64,000 nt of DNA from an uncultured Chloroflexia bacterium (GTDB lineage: Bacteria > Chloroflexota > Limnocylindria > Limnocylindrales > CSP1-4). Every line of letters starts with the position of its first letter. Positions within the stretch are counted from its first letter, which is position 1. A model generated the notes under the pieces. It was not told the origin of the DNA. It ran no database searches and saw only the letters and a program-made list of their open reading frames with translations. The stretch spans positions 3,350,151 to 3,414,150 of the forward strand of contig OY969796.1 in assembly GCA_963703155.1 (NCBI GenBank), written 5' to 3'. The translations under genes and the position numbers were made by a program. Shown piece after piece: positions 57,586-64,000 of this stretch.

Positions 57586-58272
57586 CTAGGGCCCCACGAC
57601 CTTCGCGCCGCCGGTGACGGTCACGGACTGCGCCACCGGGGCCACTGCGAGCGTGATCACGGAACCGCCGTCGGCCGTGCCGGTCAGCTGCTTGACCACC
57701 CTGAGGGTCGCCTTGGCGCCGCCGGCGGCGCTGATCATTCCGGTGTCCGCCGTCAGGTCGCCCATCTGGGCATCGGCGCCGCCGAGCGACGTGACGGTGA
57801 GCTGCTGCACGGTGCCGATCCCACGGAGGACCGACCCGCCCGAGACCGAGACGGTCATCGAGGCGGCCATCACCTCCATCGTGCCCTGCGCGCCACCGTC
57901 GAGCGAGAGCGAGGTCACGGTGGGCGACGTGATCCGCACCGTCACGGGCTTGGCCGACACGAACCCGGGCGCCGCGACGGCGATCGCGAGGTCGGTGCCC
58001 GTCAAGGTGGTCGTGACCAGGGGCAGGAAATTCGAGGCGGCCTCGATCTGGACGTCGACGCCGGTGCCTGAGGCAAGGACCACGTTCAGCGGACCGTCCA
58101 CGCTGACCGACGTGAACTCGCCGACCTCGCGGACCTCGGTCCTGGTGTCCCCGGAAGCGGGAACGGGGGTCGGCGAGGCGACGGTGCCGACGCACGCGCT
58201 GGCCGCGACCGCGATGGTCACGGCCGCGACGGCGAGACGGGCATGGGCGCGGCCATGCGTGCGGGAAGACAA
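57586..58272 (-). CDS. Putative lipoprotein with a DUF2807 (GIN-like beta-solenoid) domain
   Basis: Lipobox-like ASAC, ETRTEVREVGEFTSVSVDG and repeated SxxGG rungs. Confidence 0.75.
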   Translation of the reverse strand: MSSRTHGRAHARLAVAAVTIAVAASACVGTVASPTPVPASGDTRTEVREVGEFTSVSVDGPLNVVLASGTGVDVQIEAASNFLPLVTTTLTGTDLAIAVAAPGFVSAKPVTVRITSPTVTSLSLDGGAQGTMEVMAASMTVSVSGGSVLRGIGTVQQLTVTSLGGADAQMGDLTADTGMISAAGGAKATLRVVKQLTGTADGGSVITLAVAPVAQSVTVTGGAKVVGP

Positions 58273-58415
58273 GGGGTCTGGGCTCCAATCCGCGGACGCA
58301 GTCCCGAGGATGCACTGCGCCGACCTGTGGGCGGAGGGCCGGAGGGGGCACCGCTGCGGGCCGCAGGTCCGTGGATCGGGGGGCGACTCGGCAGGAGGCG
58401 CTTCCCGTCAGCCCT

Positions 58416-59132
58416 CTAGGTGCCGACGCGCGCCAGCGCCGCGCCGAGCGAGACCGTTGTCGCCTGGTCGAGACCCGACGTGACCATCAGCCAGCTCGGC
58501 GTGCTCCCGCGGGCCGCGACGATCGCGTAGCCGCCGGCATCGGTCGTCACGAGCGTGCCGCCCATGGCGCCGAAGGCGGCGTCGCCGGCATCGGTGCCCG
58601 AGAACGCGCAGTCGGGATCGTCAGGGCCGTAGGCTCCCTCGCAGAGGCTGACCTTCGCGCCGGCGGGACCCTTGTAGCTGACCACCAGCTTGCCGCCGTT
58701 CGCAAGCCGATAGGAGCCCGCGGAGAGGACCCAACCCTTCGGCAGGACCGCGCAGTAGACATCCCAGCTGACCGAGTTGGCGATGCCGGGCCAGAACGAC
58801 GGGTTGTTGCCCTCCGGCTGGCACGCCGAGGTCGCCATGCTGGCGGACGGTGAGGCCGGGGTCGACGGGCCGTCGCTCGGGGCCTCGGCCGAGGGATCGG
58901 CGTTCGGTGTCGTGTCAGCGCTCGGGCCGGTTGTGTCGGTCGGCGCGGACGAGGCCGGGGATGTGGTGTCCGAGGGCCCGCTGCTCGCACCCGGCGCACT
59001 GGGCGACCCGGAGGTCGGCGCGCCGGCGCTCGTTCCCGGCACTGTGCCGGCGCCGCTCGAGGGCGCGCTCGACCCGCACGCAGCTGCAAGGAGCGCCACG
59101 AGCAGGAGGGAGGCGGCGGGTGCGCGTCTCAT
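58416..59132 (-). CDS. Putative lipoprotein with a Ser/Thr/Pro-rich linker and a small Cys-containing domain
   Basis: LLAAAC lipobox, long S/T/P linker, then CQPEGNNPSFW...WDVYCAVLPKGW. An alternative GTG start at 59234 overlaps the ABC ATPase stop codon. Confidence 0.7.
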   Translation of the reverse strand: MRRAPAASLLLVALLAAACGSSAPSSGAGTVPGTSAGAPTSGSPSAPGASSGPSDTTSPASSAPTDTTGPSADTTPNADPSAEAPSDGPSTPASPSASMATSACQPEGNNPSFWPGIANSVSWDVYCAVLPKGWVLSAGSYRLANGGKLVVSYKGPAGAKVSLCEGAYGPDDPDCAFSGTDAGDAAFGAMGGTLVTTDAGGYAIVAARGSTPSWLMVTSGLDQATTVSLGAALARVGT

Positions 59133-59230
59133 CTCGTCAAGCGTACCCGCCCCGGGCCAGCCGCGCCTGCCGATTGCCAGAAGGAGCGCTCCAGCGCGGC
59201 CGACCGGTCCGACGGGCACGGAGCGCTGGC

Positions 59231-59989
59231 TCACTCGGCCGCCGCCAGGCGCACAAGCGCAGGCTCCACGCCGAACACCTCGCGGATGCGCCCGTCGGTC
59301 AGCACCTCAGCCGGCGTCCCGTCCCCGACGAGCCGCCCGTGGTGGAGCAGCACCAGCCGGGGGAAGAAGTGCGACGCGAGCGCGAGGTCGTGGAGGACCG
59401 CGACGAGCGTTGTCCCGTCGCGCTCGTTGAGGTCGCGCATGAGCTCCATCGCCTCCACCTGGTGCCGCAGGTCGAGGTGCACCGTGGGCTCGTCGAGGAG
59501 CAGCGTCGGCGACTCCTGGGCGACCGCGAGCGCGAGCAGCAGCAGCTGCCGCTCGCCCAGTGAGAGCTCCCGGGCGTCGCGGCCCAGCAGGTGGCCCAGC
59601 CCCACACGGTCGATCGCCTCCGCAACCGCGGCGCGGTCCGCCGGCCGGGTGCCGCGCAGCGCGTGCTCGTGCGGCAGCCGCCCGAGCGCCACCACCTCCT
59701 CGACCCGCATCGAGAACGGCAGCGCGGTCTGCTGCGGGACCACGGCGAGGCGCCGGGCCACGGCCGTCCGGTCCATCGAGGCCACGGGCACGCCGCCCAG
59801 CTCAACGCGGCCCGCGTTGGGCCGCAGGACCCCCGCCACCACGCGCAGCAGCGTTGACTTGCCGGCGCCGTTGGGCCCGATCAGGGCGACCCGCTCGCCC
59901 GCCTCGACGGTGAACGAGACGTCGCGCAGGATCGGGCGGCCGCGCGCCTCGACCGTGACGCCGTCGAGCCAGATAGCCGGGCGGGTCAC
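59231..59989 (-). CDS. Cobalamin/siderophore ABC transporter ATP-binding subunit (BtuD/FepC-like)
   Basis: GPNGAGKST, LSLGERQ, LLLDEPTVHLD and VLHDL. Confidence 0.93.
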   Translation of the reverse strand: MTRPAIWLDGVTVEARGRPILRDVSFTVEAGERVALIGPNGAGKSTLLRVVAGVLRPNAGRVELGGVPVASMDRTAVARRLAVVPQQTALPFSMRVEEVVALGRLPHEHALRGTRPADRAAVAEAIDRVGLGHLLGRDARELSLGERQLLLLALAVAQESPTLLLDEPTVHLDLRHQVEAMELMRDLNERDGTTLVAVLHDLALASHFFPRLVLLHHGRLVGDGTPAEVLTDGRIREVFGVEPALVRLAAAE

Positions 59990-61065
59990 AGCTCGTACCC
60001 CGTCCGCGCCCGGCGGAGCAGCGCGAGGAAGAACGGCGCGCCGATGATCGCGGTCACGACGCCCACCGGGATGTCCCCGAACACGCGCGCCGCGAGGTCG
60101 GAGTAGACGAGCAGGTTCGCGCCCCAGAGCGCCGAGATCGGGATGACCGCCCGGGCGTTCGGCCCCGTGAGGAGCCGGACGATGTGCGGGACCACCAGCC
60201 CCACGAAGCCGATCAGCCCGCTGACCGTCACCGCGGCCGCGGTGACGAGCGAGGCGAGGCCCAGCAGCAACGGGCGCTCCCGCTCCACGTTGACCCCGAG
60301 GTGGGCGGCGGCCTGCTCGCCGAGGAGCAGGCCGTTGAGGGTGCGCGCTCGGCTGCCGATGAGGATCGACCCGACCAGCACGATGGGCAGGGCGCCCCAG
60401 AGCCGCTCCCAGGACGCCTGCTCGAAGCTGCCGAGGATGTAGTTGAAGATCTCGCGCAGGGCCGCGCCCGAGAGGTACATCGCCATCGTCAGGCCCGCCG
60501 CGAGCAGCGACGCCACGGCGTAGCCGGTGAGCAGCAGCCCCGTCAGCGGCGCGAGACCCGTGACCCGCGCGAGGCGGTAGACGACCGTGATCGACACGAC
60601 CGCGCCCACGAACGCGAGGACGTTGGAGAGGCCGAAGCCGAGGAACAGGGCGTGGATCGGGAGGAGGAGGCCGATGGCAGCGCCCAGCGCGGCTCCCGAC
60701 GCCGTGCCCAGCACGTACGGGTCGGCGAGCGGATTGCGCAGCAGCCCCTGGAACGTTGCCCCGGCCACCGCCAGACCGGCGCCCACGGTCATCGCCAGCA
60801 GGACGCGCGGGACGCGCAGCTCCCAGACGATCGCCGCGGTTGCGGGATCGGCAGTGGACAGGTGCGTGCCGAGCAGCTTGTCGGCGACGATCGTGAGCGT
60901 GTCGCCGAACGGGACGGCCACGCTCCCGAACGCCACGCCCAGCATGGCGCCGAGGAGCGCCACGACGATCCCGGCGACGACGAGCCAGAAGCGGCGGTCC
61001 CGACCGCGGGCGGCCGCCCGGAGCCGAGCCCCGGTGTCGCCCGCGGTCGCGACGCCCGAGGTCAC
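59986..61065 (-). CDS. Cobalamin/siderophore ABC transporter permease (FecCD/BtuC family)
   Basis: LRVPRVLLA, FQGLLRNPLADPYVLG, GLIGFVGLVVPH and PVGVVTAIIGAPFF. Confidence 0.93.
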   Translation of the reverse strand: MTSGVATAGDTGARLRAAARGRDRRFWLVVAGIVVALLGAMLGVAFGSVAVPFGDTLTIVADKLLGTHLSTADPATAAIVWELRVPRVLLAMTVGAGLAVAGATFQGLLRNPLADPYVLGTASGAALGAAIGLLLPIHALFLGFGLSNVLAFVGAVVSITVVYRLARVTGLAPLTGLLLTGYAVASLLAAGLTMAMYLSGAALREIFNYILGSFEQASWERLWGALPIVLVGSILIGSRARTLNGLLLGEQAAAHLGVNVERERPLLLGLASLVTAAAVTVSGLIGFVGLVVPHIVRLLTGPNARAVIPISALWGANLLVYSDLAARVFGDIPVGVVTAIIGAPFFLALLRRARTGYEL

Positions 61066-62135
61066 GGGACGGCGGGGATCGGGGATGCCTGGGGAATGGT
61101 CAGATCCGGGTGGATCGCCGCCGCCAGGAGCTGGAGGCCCAGGAACAGGCGCGGGCCGGGGCGCGAGATCATGGTGTCGTCGATGGGAGCCACGGCGTTG
61201 TCCTTGACGGCGGTCAGTGTCGACCAGCCGGGGCGCTTGACCGCATCGGAGACCTGGCTGAAGTCGGCCAGCAGCACGATCTGCGGGTCTGCCTTGATCA
61301 GCTTCTCGGCCGAGAGGTCCCACTTGGTGGTGGAGCCCGTCGTGATCGGCGTGCCACCGGCGTCGGTGATCATCTCTGCCAGGAACGAGCCGTCGGCGGG
61401 CGCGTATCCCTCGCCGATCTCGTAGTAGACCCGCGGCGAGGGGGCGGTCTTGACGGCGGCCCCGACGGCGTCGAAGGCGGCCTGCATCTGGGTCGCGATC
61501 GCAGCGGCGGCATCGGTCTTGCCCACGGCCTTGCCGATGAGCTTGATGTCGCTCATCACGCCGGCCACGTTGGGGGCGTAGACGACCAGGACCGGGATGC
61601 CCAGGCCGCGCAGCTTGGTCACCGTGTCGGCTGGGGTCCCATAGTCGCCGCCGGCGATGACCAGGTCGGCCTTCGCCGCGACGATCTTCTCGACGTCCAC
61701 CGCGACTGCGCCGTTGTCGAACTTCTCGAAGTCGGGCACCGCGCTCGCCTGCGGCGGGTAGAGCGAGATGTCCTGCGCCTTGCCGACGATGGTGTCGCCC
61801 ACGCCGAGCGCGAACAGCGTCTCCGTCACCGCGGGCATCAGCGAGACGATCCTGGTGGGCTGGGCCGCGATGGTGACCTGCGTGCCCTCGTCATCGGTGA
61901 GGGTCTGCGGGAAGGCGGCAGCGGGCGCAGCGGTGGGGGCCGACGTCAGCGAGTCGGTCGGCGCCGCGGACGCCGAGGCGGCCGGGACTGAGGTCGGGGC
62001 GCTCGACTGTTGCGGGGTCGCCGGGGCGAGCGTCGACGTCGCGGCCGGGGCGGCAGAGCAGGCGGCCAGCAGGACGGCGACGCCGAGGGTGGCGATCAGC
62101 TGGCGGGCGCGGGCGAACGGGCGAGGGGCGTCCAC
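61062..62135 (-). CDS. Cobalamin-binding ABC lipoprotein (BtuF-like)
   Basis: LLAAC lipobox, PTRIVSLMPAVTETLFALG, VDVEKIVAAKADLV and SRPGPRL. It lies downstream of a B12 riboswitch. Confidence 0.9.
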   Translation of the reverse strand: MDAPRPFARARQLIATLGVAVLLAACSAAPAATSTLAPATPQQSSAPTSVPAASASAAPTDSLTSAPTAAPAAAFPQTLTDDEGTQVTIAAQPTRIVSLMPAVTETLFALGVGDTIVGKAQDISLYPPQASAVPDFEKFDNGAVAVDVEKIVAAKADLVIAGGDYGTPADTVTKLRGLGIPVLVVYAPNVAGVMSDIKLIGKAVGKTDAAAAIATQMQAAFDAVGAAVKTAPSPRVYYEIGEGYAPADGSFLAEMITDAGGTPITTGSTTKWDLSAEKLIKADPQIVLLADFSQVSDAVKRPGWSTLTAVKDNAVAPIDDTMISRPGPRLFLGLQLLAAAIHPDLTIPQASPIPAVP

Positions 62136-62254
62136 AGACAACTCCGGTGGAAGGCAGTGGGAGAAATGAAGGACCCCCGGCTTCGGGGTGAAGCCAAGGG
62201 GTCAGACGTGAGGTCGCACAGTACGCCTGACCTTTCTCTCGAAGGCTCGAGCGG

Positions 62255-62375
62255 CACGCTGCGTCGGCGACCGGACTTGCGCCCTTTCGGGCGTTCACCG
62301 TAGCGGGACTGTGCCGGATTCACACCGGCTTCGCGACCGTAGCGCGTCGGATCTGCAGGGGCGCGAGGCCCCGTT
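62255..62375 (-). ncRNA. Cobalamin riboswitch (compact form)
   Basis: The minus strand reads GCGAAGCCGGTGTGAATCCGGCACAGTCCCGCTACGGTGA-ACGCCCGAAAGGGCGC-AAGTCCGGTCGCC, matching the P3-P6 core and J6/3 strand. It lies upstream of the BtuFCD-like genes. Boundaries are approximate. Confidence 0.85.
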
Positions 62376-62490
62376 GACTCCGGCAGGGTAGCACCACGGG
62401 AAGCCGATAAGGGCCCGATAAGGGCCCACGGCGATGATCCGCTCACCGCCTCCTCCCGCCACCAAGCACTCCCGCCGGAGGAGGGGCTCG

Positions 62491-63594
62491 ATGGAGCTCG
62501 CTCGACGGACCCGATGGATCGCCCTGACGCTACCGGTCGCCCTGGCGGCCGTCGCGGCGCTCGCCAGGCCGGCACCCCCCGGAGTCCTGGCCGCCGGCCC
62601 ACAGCCCGAGCGGGCGTGTGCGCAGGCGCCAGACATGGATGGCAACAGCACCACGGTGGCGGACGGGTCGCCGTGGTACCGCCTGGACCCCATGCTGGAT
62701 GCGAAGGGCAGCCTCGTGGGCAGAACGCTGACCGCCGGCCGCGGCTCGGTGCGGTGGACGGCGGAGCTGCCGCCCGAGTCCTTCGCGTCAGGACCCGTGG
62801 GCGGTCGGGTGCTGGTGGGCGACGACGACGGCCGCCGCTCCCGGCTGCGCCTCTTCGACACGGGTCGCGGCTGCTGGACGACCGTCGCCACGGAGGCGAG
62901 CGTCATCCGCAGTGCGCTCCTCACGGCCGACGCCAGCGGCCTCTACGAGCACCGGGTGGATCGGGCCACACGGCGTGACCTGGGCGTGTGGCAGCGAGAC
63001 GGCCGTGCGCCCAACGCCACGCGGCAGATCCTCCCCGGGCTTGATTCCGTCGCGGAGTACGGGCCCACGTTCTCGACCACGCTGCTCCTGGCGGATGACG
63101 GGCAGCTCGCGGTGAGCTCCTGCGGCGAGCGGGCCTGCCGAACGCGCGTCGTGGACCCGGCGACGGGCGCCACGTCGAGAGCGAGCGGGACAGGACCGGC
63201 GGCCGCCGTCCTCAGCGGGCGGCTCCTCGTCCTCGAGGCATGTGATGGGCTGCCGTGTCCCGTGCGTTCGATCGATCTGGCGTCGGGCGAATCGTCGGCC
63301 CTTGGCGCCGCGATGGGCAGCGCGGTGCTGGCCGCCGGCGGCTCGGGCCTCGTCGTGTTCCCCGGCGAGCGTGGGCTGCGGATCGCGACGACACGTGGCG
63401 CCGCAGCGATCTCGGACGTCCCCGGCTCATCGGGACTCGCGCCCGTCCCGCGCACGTCAACGTCCGAGAGCGGGTTCGAGGCGCCGCGCGGCCGGGTCGC
63501 CGTCGCCCCGGGCGGCAGTGTCGCGGACCCGGCCCTCGTCCGCCTCCTCGACCCCGCCACCCTGCAGATCACCGCCGGCGAGGTGCTCCCGTGA
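62491..63594 (+). CDS. Secreted hypothetical protein, probably beta-propeller-like
   Basis: Signal peptide MELARRTRWIALTLPVALAAVAALA, beta-rich repeats, and paired Cys motifs (SCGERAC, ACDGLPC). Confidence 0.7.
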   Translation: MELARRTRWIALTLPVALAAVAALARPAPPGVLAAGPQPERACAQAPDMDGNSTTVADGSPWYRLDPMLDAKGSLVGRTLTAGRGSVRWTAELPPESFASGPVGGRVLVGDDDGRRSRLRLFDTGRGCWTTVATEASVIRSALLTADASGLYEHRVDRATRRDLGVWQRDGRAPNATRQILPGLDSVAEYGPTFSTTLLLADDGQLAVSSCGERACRTRVVDPATGATSRASGTGPAAAVLSGRLLVLEACDGLPCPVRSIDLASGESSALGAAMGSAVLAAGGSGLVVFPGERGLRIATTRGAAAISDVPGSSGLAPVPRTSTSESGFEAPRGRVAVAPGGSVADPALVRLLDPATLQITAGEVLP

Positions 63595-64000
63595 TGACCC
63601 GTTCACTCGCCCGCCGGCTCGCTGCCGGCGTCGCCGCCCTCTGCATCCTCATGTGCGTCACAGGTGCCGCGCTCGCGGTCTCCCCTGACCCAGCCCTGTC
63701 GCCCGCGTGGCCCGCCGACACCACGCTGACCTACCGCTGGACGGCCGGCGCGGTGCCCCCCACGGCGATGGCGGCGGCGGTCAACAGGGCTGCCGGGGAT
63801 GCGAATGGCAGCCGTGCGTCGCGCGCGCCGTCGTTCTCGTACAGCAGCGGCGGCGCGAACGGTGTGTCGTACGGCACCAGCACCCCGTGCGGCGTCAACG
63901 GCCTCGCGTGCTTCGCGCGCAACCCGGCCGGTGGGTACTGGCACCTGTGGTTCCGCGAGAACGGCCACCGCTACGACTGGGGCACGCTGACCTGGTGTGA
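63594..64000 (+). CDS. Secreted hypothetical protein, partial (runs off the window)
   Basis: My translation reads MTRSLARRLAAGVAALCILMCVTGAALA-VSPDPALSPAW...CGVNGLACFARN...HRYDWGTLTWC. The start overlaps the upstream stop codon. Confidence 0.65.
   Translation, partial: MTRSLARRLAAGVAALCILMCVTGAALAVSPDPALSPAWPADTTLTYRWTAGAVPPTAMAAAVNRAAGDANGSRASRAPSFSYSSGGANGVSYGTSTPCGVNGLACFARNPAGGYWHLWFRENGHRYDWGTLTWC

Overview
A very GC-rich (by eye about 70% or more) bacterial chromosomal segment. Gene content and style suggest Chloroflexota, possibly the Limnocylindria/Ellin6529 group (inference, not verified). Most of it is core or metabolic. From left to right: a partial MscS-like gene; an IclR / class-III aminotransferase / FAD oxidoreductase amine-catabolism unit; two tandem secreted Asp-box (BNR) proteins; DUF885; a co-oriented block of a degenerate Zn-ribbon DNA methyltransferase-nuclease, a TPR protein, a membrane protein and PolX-PHP; two GAF-GGDEF cyclases; a large lysC-birA-ECF/anti-sigma-accD-accA-BCCP-like-accC-fabZ-phosphoesterase-fabF-accB-fabH-fabG-rfbC cluster; a solitary XRE-HTH + PD-(D/E)xK gene; hom-thrB; an acyl-CoA synthetase; trpS; surE; twin phytoene-dehydrogenase-like flavoproteins; a phosphotransferase-M23-like-aminotransferase fusion; a GcvT-like protein; an M20 peptidase; and a cobalamin riboswitch with a BtuFCD-type ABC transporter. 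I saw no rRNA, tRNA, transposase, integrase or CRISPR array. The most unusual signals are four: (i) intergenic arrays of short palindromes or direct repeats, including six GGTGG-N7-CCACC sites spaced at about whole helical turns, a GAGTC-N6-GACTC element present at two loci 13.5 kb apart, and a repeat array directly behind the XRE-nuclease gene; (ii) a BCCP paralogue upstream of accC that lacks the biotin-accepting lysine; (iii) a methyltransferase-fold protein with eroded catalytic motifs fused to a nuclease-like tail; (iv) widespread leaderless-type promoters. Three genes carry single-base frameshifts that may be sequencing errors.
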